Below, piece after piece: positions 8,749 to 18,406 of a DNA stretch of 64,000 bases (the first letter of the stretch is position 1; each line of letters starts with the position of its first letter). The stretch lies in the IMG/VR virus record IMGVR_UViG_3300006947_000003, positions 1-64,000 of that record. One strand, written 5' to 3'. Position numbers and translations under genes: made by a program. The DNA is from a virus. A model generated the notes under the pieces. That model made no database searches. It saw only the letters and a list, made by a program, of their open reading frames with translations, and was not told the origin of the DNA.

Positions 8749-9896
8749 TTTACTAATACCGGGTCTAATGTTTTGTATGATGTGTTTCTAACAGTATCAT
8801 AGTTGATTGTTGTTTCGTAAAGTAAATCATTTTTTCTTTCTAATTGATTGTTTGATAATCTATTTGCTTTGTGGTAAGCAACAAAGTTTTCCATGTCCTC
8901 TACTTGTCTGTGTCCTGTTGCTCTAAATCTTTCTAATCCTAAATCTAATATATGATCTGGTAAAAATTCGGGAGATAATTCACATCCTGGCGGTGAGAGT
9001 TTGAAATCAAAGTTTACATAATAGTCGCTGTAGTTAACAAGTTGATCTAAGTTAAGCCAGTTGTATGCTTGTATCACACAACTTAATTCTACATCGACCC
9101 AACTGTATTGTTTAATTTTTAGTAATCGCTTATCTAGTTGTTCCCACGAAAACGGATGACGAATATATTCATATACTTCTCCAGTTCCGTCAATGCTAAT
9201 AGTTAATTTTACATGTTTAAACTGTTTCATTTTTTCTAGTATAGTTTTAGAAAACTTTGTACCGTTGGTAGTGACATTTAATTCTAAACCTTTGGCTAAA
9301 TCTTTCTCAATAGCAAAGTCTAAAATCTCTAAAAAGTCTTTTGACAAGAAAGGTTCTCCGCCTGTTACTTTGAGAATATCTATACCGTCAGTTAACACAT
9401 CTTTAGCATATTGTTTTTTTTCTATTGAATAGTAATTTTTATGACGTGTGTGTCTTTTTAATGTTGTCGGCAATGGTAATTCTTTTTCTCTAAACTTATC
9501 AACAGTTTTCCATATCTGATCAGAATTATGTTGACTACACATTACACATTGTAAATTACATCGATTATCAAATTCTATATCTAAATATTTTAATGTAGGT
9601 TTATCGATGTGAAAATAGTTTTTAAACTGCTTGTTATATCCTTGCCTTTCGCTGAACACTCCAGCATCTTCCTTAACCCAGCACACATCACAAATCGCTG
9701 GCTTCTCCCCGTCATTTAATTGATTTCGTAACTGACTTGCTTTAGTTCCTGCGAATGCATCTTTGATGGATGTATCGTTAGCAGTTGTGTTGTCATATGG
9801 TATGCCAGAATTACAACATGGGTTATATGTATTAGGTAAACTTAAATTAATTTGTACCCATGGCATTATACAAAATGTTTTTGAATCAGTGTTCAT
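8724..9896 (-). CDS. Radical SAM protein, N-terminal twitch/SPASM-like domain
   Basis: CIMPW..PCC..CDVCWVKE; CNLQCVMC; TGGEP. Start taken at the ATGA overlap (9896); 9917 is an alternative. Confidence 0.9.
   Translation of the reverse strand: MNTDSKTFCIMPWVQINLSLPNTYNPCCNSGIPYDNTTANDTSIKDAFAGTKASQLRNQLNDGEKPAICDVCWVKEDAGVFSERQGYNKQFKNYFHIDKPTLKYLDIEFDNRCNLQCVMCSQHNSDQIWKTVDKFREKELPLPTTLKRHTRHKNYYSIEKKQYAKDVLTDGIDILKVTGGEPFLSKDFLEILDFAIEKDLAKGLELNVTTNGTKFSKTILEKMKQFKHVKLTISIDGTGEVYEYIRHPFSWEQLDKRLLKIKQYSWVDVELSCVIQAYNWLNLDQLVNYSDYYVNFDFKLSPPGCELSPEFLPDHILDLGLERFRATGHRQVEDMENFVAYHKANRLSNNQLERKNDLLYETTINYDTVRNTSYKTLDPVLVKWLNSLKI
8859..8936. repeat. 78-bp exact direct repeat, copy 1 (copy 2 at 10022..10099)
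   Basis: Base-by-base identity between tandem rSAM paralogs, encoding LERFRATGHRQVEDMENFVAYHKANR. Confidence 0.9.
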
Positions 9897-11128
9897 GCCT
9901 TTAGTGTCTGTAGCCATTTTACTAATACCGGGTCTAATGTTTCGTATGATTGTTCTCTAACTTTATCAAAATTAACAGTCGCTACATATAATTGACGATT
10001 CTTAAATTCCATTTCGTCTTGTCTATTTGCTTTGTGGTAAGCAACAAAGTTTTCCATGTCCTCTACTTGTCTGTGTCCTGTTGCTCTAAATCTTTCTAAG
10101 CCTAAGTCTAGTATGTGGTCTGGCAAGTACCTAGGGTGTAGTTCGCTATCACGCGGATTAAGATCTAAATCAAAATCTAAACGTTCTAGTAGACGCCACT
10201 CTGGCATGCCTAATCCTTTCATGTAGAAGAACAAGTCTGCTAAGTTCAACCAGTTGTATGCTTGTACTACACACGCTGTCTTTAATACTAACTTGTTATC
10301 GTCTTTCATTCCTGTTTCGTGACCAAACCTTACAGCCTCGTCCATACGCTTTGCCCATTGTTTAAAACTATATGGGTAGCGTATATAGTCATACACTTCA
10401 CCGTAACCGTCTACGCTAACTGTAAACTCTACACGTTTAAAGTGTTTAAATTTAAGTAATATCTTTTTAACAAACTTACTAGCATTTGTAGTAATCATTA
10501 ATGTAATGTTCTTTGCTAAATCTTTTTCAATAGCTAAATCTAAAATCTCTAAAAAGTCTTTTGACAAGAAAGGTTCACCACCAGTTACTTTGAAGATGTC
10601 GATAGTTTCTAAAACTTCTTTAACATAATCTTTTTTAACAGTTTGTTTAAAGTCAAACTTTCTGTCTTCTTCTGTATACTTGCCTATGTGATTAGGAAGT
10701 GTTAAACCTTTTTCATTTAGCAAGTCTATTGACTTCCATATTTGATCTGAACTATCTGGGTCGCACATTCTACATTGGAAGTTACAAACATTGTCAAACT
10801 TCATATCAATGTATTTTAATACTGGAACATTGTCTATGGGAATCAAGTCAGCAAACTTTTCGTTGTATGCTTGTCTATAACTCCATACACCAGCATCTTC
10901 TTTAACCCAGCAAGTATCACATATCTCAGGACGTAAGCCCATTGTTAATTGAGTTCTTAATGTTGTAGCTTCTTTGCCTTTAAATGCTTCTTGTAGTGTG
11001 GCATTTTTAACCGTTACATCTTTGTATCTACTGTGACTATTACAGCAAGGTTTATACCAGCCATTAACACTTAGGTTTTGATGTATCCAGGGTAGAACAC
11101 AATACGTTGGAGATTTAGTTGGTGTCAT
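9893..11128 (-). CDS. Radical SAM protein, N-terminal twitch/SPASM-like domain
   Basis: CVLPW..PCC..CDTCWVKE; CNFQCRMC; TGGEP; tandem paralog of 8724..9896. Confidence 0.9.
   Translation of the reverse strand: MTPTKSPTYCVLPWIHQNLSVNGWYKPCCNSHSRYKDVTVKNATLQEAFKGKEATTLRTQLTMGLRPEICDTCWVKEDAGVWSYRQAYNEKFADLIPIDNVPVLKYIDMKFDNVCNFQCRMCDPDSSDQIWKSIDLLNEKGLTLPNHIGKYTEEDRKFDFKQTVKKDYVKEVLETIDIFKVTGGEPFLSKDFLEILDLAIEKDLAKNITLMITTNASKFVKKILLKFKHFKRVEFTVSVDGYGEVYDYIRYPYSFKQWAKRMDEAVRFGHETGMKDDNKLVLKTACVVQAYNWLNLADLFFYMKGLGMPEWRLLERLDFDLDLNPRDSELHPRYLPDHILDLGLERFRATGHRQVEDMENFVAYHKANRQDEMEFKNRQLYVATVNFDKVREQSYETLDPVLVKWLQTLKA
10022..10099. repeat. 78-bp exact direct repeat, copy 2
   Basis: Identical to 8859..8936. 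Confidence 0.9.
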
Positions 11129-12083
11129 TATATAACTCTTGGTTAGGTAGGCTTAATAACAATGGCGGAGTATTTAAACTTTTAATAAACTTTGTGTTAT
11201 TCTTATCCCATAATATCATAGCATTATTAAAATCAGTAGAGTTAATTCCGAATTCCTTATTAACCCAATCGCCAGTAAAACATTCTTCAAATGTGATGAA
11301 TAGGATATTATAATTTCGATATCTAATATAATCTAAAAAACTACGATTCCACTCTAACAACCAAGAATCATCAGGTTGATCGAGTTGGCCGTAAATGTCT
11401 TCTTGCCAACCTGAATAAACTATCGAATTGATAACAGTTTGTGTTAATTCTTCTTTAGGTACTGATGCCATAATTGTTTTATTTAATGTGTGGCTTGCAG
11501 TTAGGTCTTCATGATGTTTTAACATACCTAATACTCTTATGTACTCTTGATATTTGCGACTATGTTGAAATATTATTTTAGAATATTTAAATAGATGATG
11601 GTATCTGACACAGGTATGTGATCTAAATAACATTGGCAAGTCTTGCTGATCAAACTCATTAAGATCTTTTTTTGTTGGGGGCCGATGCTCTTCATCGCTT
11701 CCAACATTATCATATGTAAGTATGAACTCAGCAAGTTGTTTAAATGTTATGCTGTTTCTTTCTCTTCTGACACTCAAAAACTCATTTGGCATTTCGTTCA
11801 TTTCAAGGAATAGCAACGGGGATTGAATAGATCTTGCAAGAGCAGAACCGTTATTATACTCACTTCTATTGATACCGTCTTCAACTGTATTGATATCGTC
11901 ATCATCTAACGTTTTGTAAAATAAATTTGGTTGCTGTGACAAATAATTACAAATATGCTCGCCACCGCCACCTCCGTGATAAACTAGGAAAACAAACTTA
12001 TGTTGATTTTTTTCGATCCAAGTTGCTAGTTGATCTATAGTTAGATACGTATCTCCACCTGGTTGTTGGTCTATCTGAACCAT
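11115..12083 (-). CDS. Hypothetical protein, P-loop/sulfotransferase-like family
   Basis: FLVYHGGGGGEHICNYL Gly-rich loop after a beta strand; RSH motif; paralog of 15950..16834. Confidence 0.55.
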   Translation of the reverse strand: MVQIDQQPGGDTYLTIDQLATWIEKNQHKFVFLVYHGGGGGEHICNYLSQQPNLFYKTLDDDDINTVEDGINRSEYNNGSALARSIQSPLLFLEMNEMPNEFLSVRRERNSITFKQLAEFILTYDNVGSDEEHRPPTKKDLNEFDQQDLPMLFRSHTCVRYHHLFKYSKIIFQHSRKYQEYIRVLGMLKHHEDLTASHTLNKTIMASVPKEELTQTVINSIVYSGWQEDIYGQLDQPDDSWLLEWNRSFLDYIRYRNYNILFITFEECFTGDWVNKEFGINSTDFNNAMILWDKNNTKFIKSLNTPPLLLSLPNQELYNDTN

Positions 12084-13582
12084 TATTCTTCGTCCAGTAG
12101 TCTAGCCATATCAGGAAAGGTAGTCCTGAAGTCTGTTCCTCGTTGGGCATCCATTAAGTTAATGTATTCTCTAAACTCTGGCATACGTTGTGACCAGTCT
12201 TCTGATTCCATAAATGTTAACATACCTTCTAGTCGTTCTATACCGTAACTAGCAGTACGCCAAGTTTCGTAATCAACTTTTCCTTTATGCCACTCGGGAA
12301 TTCCCTTTTCCCAGTTAGCTTCCCACCATGGATAAAATTCTTCGTACTTCTTACGACATGCTTCTTTAAACCATTTAGGTAATACTTTAACATTTAAGTG
12401 TGGCGGATGATAAACAAAGTGATAGTTAATACCACCAGCACCAAATGGCCACATGTTAATTTTACTAAAGCCTTGCTCTAGTTTCCATTTAATAAAGTCA
12501 GGCAAGTAATAAATGTTAAGAGCCTGTACAGCACACGCTACAGTAATTTCTGTATTGTCGCCTGTTTCTTGATCCCATATTTTAAATACTTCTTCGTTTC
12601 GTTCCCATTCGCTTGGGAAACGTATGTAATCATTCCATTCTTTAATCGAGTCAACACTATAATGAAAACGTACTAATTTGAAGTGTTTCCATAACTCTAA
12701 GAGGTCCGGACGCCACTCAACACCGTTGCTGTTATAACGTATTTCCATCTTACTAGCATAGCCTTGGCGTATAACTTCTTCGAGTATTTCGTAGTGTTCT
12801 TCGATGATTAAACTCTCACCGCCAGCAAAGTAAATCTGTTTCATGTTTGGAACTTGCTGATAAAACTGTTCCCAAAACTTAGGATTCTTTTTATGCCAGT
12901 TGTAACTAGCACCAAAGTTTTTACCCTTGTTATCCCACACCATTGTTTGCTTTAGGTTTTCATTTTTTACTTTAGGATAAACTTCTGTCCAATCTTTAAC
13001 CCAGTCACTTGAATCATGTGGGCTACACATTACACATCTTAAATTACACTTAGTACCAAAGCGTAAATCTATGTATGCTAACTGTGGAGGCACTTCTCCG
13101 TCCTCTGAGGTTTCTTCAATTAGCTGATCTAGATCTACACGCTGTCTCCAGTAATGTGTTTCCCATTCTCGTTTTGATTTATGACCTGCGGCTTCTTCTT
13201 TATAACACTTTACACAGCTAGGTGGTTTCTCACCAGCTAACATTTGTGTTCTAACATTCTTCATGTATGAACCGTTCCAGCTAGAAAGGAAATCACTTAC
13301 ATTTAAGTTATTGGGTTTACCGTCTTCGTCTTTCAGTATACCTACTTGACCCCCATGCTTACCTCGGTCGTTAGTAGCACCAACACTTGAAGCATTTGCT
13401 GTACAGCAAACTCTCATAGCACCGTCAGGTCTAGTACTTAAATGGACCCAAGGAAGAATACAAAATGTATCACTTGGTAGTTTGTCTTTATTCTCATCTA
13501 CGTTTATTGCTTTAGACTGCTGTGACGGGATTATGTCTAATGTGATCTCTGGTTGTATTCTTAATTCTTGTTCTTCGCTCAT
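12083..13582 (-). CDS. Radical SAM protein, N-terminal twitch/SPASM-like domain
   Basis: CILPWVHLSTRPDG..VCC..CVKCYKEE..SKR; CNLRCVMC; AGGES. Confidence 0.92.
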   Translation of the reverse strand: MSEEQELRIQPEITLDIIPSQQSKAINVDENKDKLPSDTFCILPWVHLSTRPDGAMRVCCTANASSVGATNDRGKHGGQVGILKDEDGKPNNLNVSDFLSSWNGSYMKNVRTQMLAGEKPPSCVKCYKEEAAGHKSKREWETHYWRQRVDLDQLIEETSEDGEVPPQLAYIDLRFGTKCNLRCVMCSPHDSSDWVKDWTEVYPKVKNENLKQTMVWDNKGKNFGASYNWHKKNPKFWEQFYQQVPNMKQIYFAGGESLIIEEHYEILEEVIRQGYASKMEIRYNSNGVEWRPDLLELWKHFKLVRFHYSVDSIKEWNDYIRFPSEWERNEEVFKIWDQETGDNTEITVACAVQALNIYYLPDFIKWKLEQGFSKINMWPFGAGGINYHFVYHPPHLNVKVLPKWFKEACRKKYEEFYPWWEANWEKGIPEWHKGKVDYETWRTASYGIERLEGMLTFMESEDWSQRMPEFREYINLMDAQRGTDFRTTFPDMARLLDEE

Positions 13583-13896
13583 TACATTCTATCCATCGGG
13601 TCATAATCGTCCATTGGCATTGTATGATAAGGATCATTAAAGTTTGGATCGTCTTCTCCTACAACTTCGGTTACTTCGGGTATATAATGTTTTAGCATGT
13701 TTTCAATACCCATTTTTAACGTTATCATACTGCTTGAACATCCAGAACAAGACCCACTTAATAACGTTTTAAGAATGCCAGTTTCCATATCAAAGTCTAA
13801 TACTTTGACCTCGCCGCCGTGTTGGGCAACGTTTGGCTGTATCTTCTCGTCCATTATTTTGTTTATTTCTGTTAGTATTTCTTCTTTTGTTTTCAT
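13582..13896 (-). CDS. NifU/NfuA C-terminal-domain Fe-S carrier
   Basis: IQPNVAQHGGEV..LSGSCSGCSSSMITLKMGIENMLKHYIPEV (CxxC Nfu signature); ATGA overlap at 13896. Confidence 0.92.
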   Translation of the reverse strand: MKTKEEILTEINKIMDEKIQPNVAQHGGEVKVLDFDMETGILKTLLSGSCSGCSSSMITLKMGIENMLKHYIPEVTEVVGEDDPNFNDPYHTMPMDDYDPMDRM

Positions 13897-14903
13897 TTGT
13901 ATATCCACGGTAAAGTTAATTTTGAATCTGTGCCCCTATGTTTATCGAGTGCTGTGAGCCAGTCTATTAAGTTGTCTTGTGGCTGCCCTACAGCGAGAAT
14001 TGATGGTTCAGTAAGTGTATTAACATCTACGTCAGTTAATCCTTTTTCTGTACACCAATCTAATATTGTGTCAATATGTTCTTCATTTAGTTGCGATTTT
14101 GTTACATTTACAGCAGTATGTATGTGCTTTTGCTGTAGTAATGTATTTAGATTATTCTCGAATGTCTCCCAATCTAACGGAAACCTAATATACTCGCCAA
14201 CTTCGTTAATACCATCCACACTAATAGTTATCACTATTTTTTTGAAGTGTTCTAGCAACTGGAGTATAGTATTATCTAGCATTGTTAAGTTAGTAGTAAT
14301 TTGTAAATCGATATGTTTACTATGCCCATTGTTAATTAATCCCTGTAATAAATGTTTTACAGATGGCATATAAAATGGTTCGCCACCTGCTAATTGCAAT
14401 CGTTTGATTGATTTAGAATGATATAATATTTCATCAATTTGTTTAGTACTGAACTTAACAGTCTTCTCATACGGCTCTATGGCTAAATGGATATCTTCGA
14501 TCCATTTACTACTAACACGTGGGTTACACATGACGCATTTTAAGTTACACACGTTACCAGGGCGTAAGTCATAGTACTGGGGCAAGGATGACATGTACCC
14601 GTCACCACGTACTACGTAATCCCATTTGTCGAATTGTTTGTTTACTTTTATACGTTTACTATCGCGACCACAATCTTCATCAGCCCAGCACGTACTACAC
14701 GCATTTGGTCTTTGACTATATAACATTTGCCTTCTTATTTTTTTTAAGTAATACGAATTGAAACTTGTAACATCTTTATACTCTGGCCCTAACTCTGTTC
14801 GGTCTCCAATGCAACAGGGCAGTAGTTTATTATCAGTATCAACAAATTGTTGAATGAATGGCAGTATGCAAAAACTATTGGAACTGTGCTTTGAATGGAT
14901 CAT
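13893..14903 (-). CDS. Radical SAM protein, N-terminal twitch/SPASM-like domain
   Basis: CILPF..PCC..CSTCWADE..SKR; CNLKCVMC; AGGEP; GGAGG RBS before ATG 14903. Confidence 0.9.
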   Translation of the reverse strand: MIHSKHSSNSFCILPFIQQFVDTDNKLLPCCIGDRTELGPEYKDVTSFNSYYLKKIRRQMLYSQRPNACSTCWADEDCGRDSKRIKVNKQFDKWDYVVRGDGYMSSLPQYYDLRPGNVCNLKCVMCNPRVSSKWIEDIHLAIEPYEKTVKFSTKQIDEILYHSKSIKRLQLAGGEPFYMPSVKHLLQGLINNGHSKHIDLQITTNLTMLDNTILQLLEHFKKIVITISVDGINEVGEYIRFPLDWETFENNLNTLLQQKHIHTAVNVTKSQLNEEHIDTILDWCTEKGLTDVDVNTLTEPSILAVGQPQDNLIDWLTALDKHRGTDSKLTLPWIYK

Positions 14904-15957
14904 ATTCCTCCCCGCATTTCTCAGCACAAACTTTTAGTCTACCTTGTTTAACACTAGGAGCAGACCAACTTTGTTCTATGCTTTGTAATAGACCGCCTCC
15001 GAACACTTTTCGAAGCCCGTGTTCCTTAGTATCAATTCCTTCTTTGCCGCCTGCGGCATTGATGTGATTCCAAACAGGTTCTACTGTAGGATCCTTGTGC
15101 CACCACTTGTACATTCTACTTGCTGTCCAGCAACACGGCATTAGTAATCCTTCAGCACTAATATAAATGTTTCCTTCTTTGGCAACCTTACATTTAATAT
15201 TACAAGTATCTAAATAGTTTTCCATGCTACCGTGCTTAGTAACAATTTTGTCAATTTGTTTTGTTGCTGTGTTTTGTAATTCTATATTCTTTGGCTTTTT
15301 TAAATTAGTTGTATCTTTTTCTTTACGGTTCTTTGCTTGGTGTTCATCTTTTTTATCTAACCAAGTAGTTACAAACCTTGCTGTTTTCTTTGCTTGAAAT
15401 CGCTCAAAGCCGGCTTCTTCACTAACACGTTTAGCTTCTTCTACTTGATGTTCGTTATGTTCAAATATTAAAAAGTCCCAACGAGCTCTGCCACCTGCTC
15501 CTATGAATGCTTTGTATGAACGCTCAACTTTATCCCAACGTACATTTTGTCTGTACATATGATTAGTATCTTCTAGTCCGTCTAGACTAAAAATAACAGT
15601 ACCCATTCTACCAAATATTTCTGCTAGTTCTTGCCACCAGCTTTCCTCTTGGGCTCCAGCGTTTGTATTCATACTTAACCACAGGTTGGGATTAATACTA
15701 CGAAGCCACCTAAATGTTTCTAAGGTATCATTGGCCATAACAGGATCACCTAAGTTGCCGCACATATAAAAAGTTGTTAGTTGCTTAATAAACTCAACGT
15801 CAAATATACGTTTAGCATCTGCTAATGTTAGTTCAGCATTTGTAATATGTGGACTGTCTTTACCACCGTTGACATTTCTATCGCACATAGGACAAGCCGC
15901 TTGACACCGCTGAGTTATCTCATAGTGTACCATCTTAATGTCTTGATATCTATACAT
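14875..15957 (-). CDS. Radical SAM protein, second subfamily (C-terminal SPASM/twitch-like)
   Basis: EITQRCQAACPMC; CGNLGDP; C-terminal CKV..MPCC..CAEKCG; paralog of 59298..60455. Confidence 0.9.
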   Translation of the reverse strand: MYRYQDIKMVHYEITQRCQAACPMCDRNVNGGKDSPHITNAELTLADAKRIFDVEFIKQLTTFYMCGNLGDPVMANDTLETFRWLRSINPNLWLSMNTNAGAQEESWWQELAEIFGRMGTVIFSLDGLEDTNHMYRQNVRWDKVERSYKAFIGAGGRARWDFLIFEHNEHQVEEAKRVSEEAGFERFQAKKTARFVTTWLDKKDEHQAKNRKEKDTTNLKKPKNIELQNTATKQIDKIVTKHGSMENYLDTCNIKCKVAKEGNIYISAEGLLMPCCWTASRMYKWWHKDPTVEPVWNHINAAGGKEGIDTKEHGLRKVFGGGLLQSIEQSWSAPSVKQGRLKVCAEKCGEEYDPFKAQFQ

Positions 15958-16834
15958 TATATAGGTACCTGTTTGGTTGTTTTCCGATAAATTTGGGAAC
16001 GATCCCAGAGCAATAGGTTCGTAGAAATGTTGTATTATCTTTATCCCATTCGATCATTGCTTTATTAAATTCGTTTGAATCGATTCCGAACTCGTCGTTG
16101 ATCCAGGTTCCGTTAAACGAATCACAAAAGTCAACAAATCTTATATTGTAATTTTTTAATCTTTTGTTTGCGTCTAAAAAATGCCTATTACCTCTAACCA
16201 GCCAGTCTTCTTGGACAACAACTTCTTCAGAGTATACGTTTTTAACCTCTCTTTGCCACCCGTCGTAAATTATTGCGTTGATTAGATCTTGCCTCAAGTT
16301 TGATGAGGGAGGATTATATTTTTTAAACTTAGCCCATGGCCCATCACCGTCGTCTAAGCATTTTAAAGTTCCTAATATTCCTATATAATTATCATACTCA
16401 CCGCCACTATAAAATATTATTTTAGATTTTCTAAATAAAGTCATCCAATGTGATGTTTCGTGTGCTAATAACATTATTCGCCCAGGGAGTTTTTCAAAAG
16501 CAGTAATATCAGCAATAGTTATAGGGTGAGCAGTAATCTTAATGAGATCTTCAGCTATGCTTTCAAACGTATGGGTGTCTATGTCTGATTGAATTCTAAG
16601 GTACTCTTGAATACCTTTAGATATATTGGGTATGAACATTGTTGTTCGATTAGTGGGATAGTGTATAGGTGCATTAGATTTCTCATAGTGTCGATAAAAC
16701 AGTACATCGGGTTGTTTGCCTAAATAAGAATGAATAAACTCACCACCGGCGCCTGTATTATAGATAAAGAATATAAATCTGTGTTGATTACTTTCTAACC
16801 AAGTTGCGATCATTTTTACAGTTGCGTTAGTCAT
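15950..16834 (-). CDS. Hypothetical protein, P-loop/sulfotransferase-like family
   Basis: FFIYNTGAGGEFIHSYL; shares N- and C-terminal blocks with 11115..12083. Confidence 0.55.
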   Translation of the reverse strand: MTNATVKMIATWLESNQHRFIFFIYNTGAGGEFIHSYLGKQPDVLFYRHYEKSNAPIHYPTNRTTMFIPNISKGIQEYLRIQSDIDTHTFESIAEDLIKITAHPITIADITAFEKLPGRIMLLAHETSHWMTLFRKSKIIFYSGGEYDNYIGILGTLKCLDDGDGPWAKFKKYNPPSSNLRQDLINAIIYDGWQREVKNVYSEEVVVQEDWLVRGNRHFLDANKRLKNYNIRFVDFCDSFNGTWINDEFGIDSNEFNKAMIEWDKDNTTFLRTYCSGIVPKFIGKQPNRYLYNV

Positions 16835-17054
16835 CTAAAATTAATTTAACCTCTACTCCGGGTCCGACCTTACTAGGTAAGTCGCCGTACTGATCAACAT
16901 ACCAATTAATAACAGCAAGATACCAATTCTTACTATTGTGGTGTGCTTGTTTGTTAAACTGATAGATGTTATTGCTTGTTGCTTCCATACAGCTAAGTGC
17001 TCTGGCGGTCTCTTTTTGTAATTCTCTAGTTGTTAGATCCCAGTCTTTCATCAT
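16827..17054 (-). CDS. Hypothetical protein
   Basis: 75-aa ORF overlapping both neighbours in operon fashion. Confidence 0.6.
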   Translation of the reverse strand: MMKDWDLTTRELQKETARALSCMEATSNNIYQFNKQAHHNSKNWYLAVINWYVDQYGDLPSKVGPGVEVKLILDD

Positions 17055-18406
17055 TTATATCCTATTACCATATGTCTATCATACTTTGTTAAGTTAATAC
17101 TATCAGCATACAGCACAGAAGTTAATTGACATTGCTCGAGTAATTCGTCTACAGTTGCGTGGCAATTAATATGCTCGTCTAATTCAGTGTAGTTGTTGCT
17201 TTGAAATATACATAATTGTCCTGGTTGAATTTTTCTAATGAACTCGTCAAAGTTTTCTAAGTGTTCTACGCTACTACAAATAATAGTATCGGGCTTACAC
17301 CAAAGTTTTTCTTGTGTTCCGTTTGCTCGTTTAGTTGTAAAGTCGTGCCCGGCAAAATTAATATTGTATATATCCTCAGTAGTTGCCTTAAACTTCCAGT
17401 TGTCTAACGTATAGTTTTTATTGATACGTTCTGCGATAGTCCAGCAACTGTCGTCTATGTCAAAGCTGAAAACTTGTTCTGCTTTACATCTCTGTAGTAA
17501 GAAGTATGCAGGCACACCGTACCAGCCGGCTAGTAAGAATACTTTACCTAAGTCAACCCCTGTGGCTTGTATTTTATCGATCATCCATAATTTGCTTTTT
17601 ACTTGACCGATGCTTAACGCATCTTCGATATTATCTGCTTCGTCAACTGCCTTAACCATGTTAGTAATAAACGGATCTGCCCTGTTAATAACTGCTGAAA
17701 GCCGTGTAACTGATTTCCATTGTTGGTTCCTTACACTTTTAAGTAAGTCGCTTATTAGGGCACTTTCGATATCGATGCCCCACAAGTCACACATGGCAGG
17801 TATAATGTGCCAATATTGTTCTTTATCATTTGACAATACTACTTTTCTAAAGTTCTCATACTTAATCCAACTATCGCCATCTGTTCCTAATAGTCGTCCA
17901 AGTGTTTTAATAATTGAAGCAGGCTCCTGGGAGGTAACACTAATCTTAAGGTCCTCTAGTGGTATAATATCAACCTTATTGAGTTGTGGAGTATTAAGGG
18001 TTGATAAGAGTCTTAAAATGGCTGTTAGGTCGCCACCCAGGACTGCTGATCTCACATCTGTAATGTCGTAGTCGACCAACAGGTGAGAACTCGTTGTGAT
18101 TAGCCCTGCTGGATCTTGTCCTAGCACAGCTGATCGAAAATTGTTTGCTCGTTCGGCATGTTCATCATTTACTGATAATAGTTCGGTCATTACTCTAATA
18201 ATACTGCTAGGGTCTTGACTTTTAATACACCGTTCAAAGTCTTCAAATAACTCGTTGTGTTCTACTCTGCCTAATAGTGCTGTCATATTAATTACAGCAC
18301 TTGCATCTTTTGACAATGTAGCTCTACGAAATGTAGAGTTAAGTTCTTGATCTGGATATAAACGTTCTATCCTATCTAGAAATTGTATGGTGTTAAAGTC
18401 ACTCAT
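17051..18406 (-). CDS. SAM-dependent methyltransferase-like protein with N-terminal helical repeats
   Basis: C-terminal GQVKSKLW..LLAGWYG..SFDID..IICSSVEH Rossmann MTase-like motifs; N-terminal FRxAVLxxDxxxII-type repeats. Confidence 0.65.
   Translation of the reverse strand: MSDFNTIQFLDRIERLYPDQELNSTFRRATLSKDASAVINMTALLGRVEHNELFEDFERCIKSQDPSSIIRVMTELLSVNDEHAERANNFRSAVLGQDPAGLITTSSHLLVDYDITDVRSAVLGGDLTAILRLLSTLNTPQLNKVDIIPLEDLKISVTSQEPASIIKTLGRLLGTDGDSWIKYENFRKVVLSNDKEQYWHIIPAMCDLWGIDIESALISDLLKSVRNQQWKSVTRLSAVINRADPFITNMVKAVDEADNIEDALSIGQVKSKLWMIDKIQATGVDLGKVFLLAGWYGVPAYFLLQRCKAEQVFSFDIDDSCWTIAERINKNYTLDNWKFKATTEDIYNINFAGHDFTTKRANGTQEKLWCKPDTIICSSVEHLENFDEFIRKIQPGQLCIFQSNNYTELDEHINCHATVDELLEQCQLTSVLYADSINLTKYDRHMVIGYK

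Noticed and set aside
8742-10576. CRISPR array or DGR template/variable repeat
   Set aside because: The repeats are in-frame parts of paralogous genes, are not regularly spaced, show no adenine-specific mismatches, and no reverse transcriptase or cas gene is present
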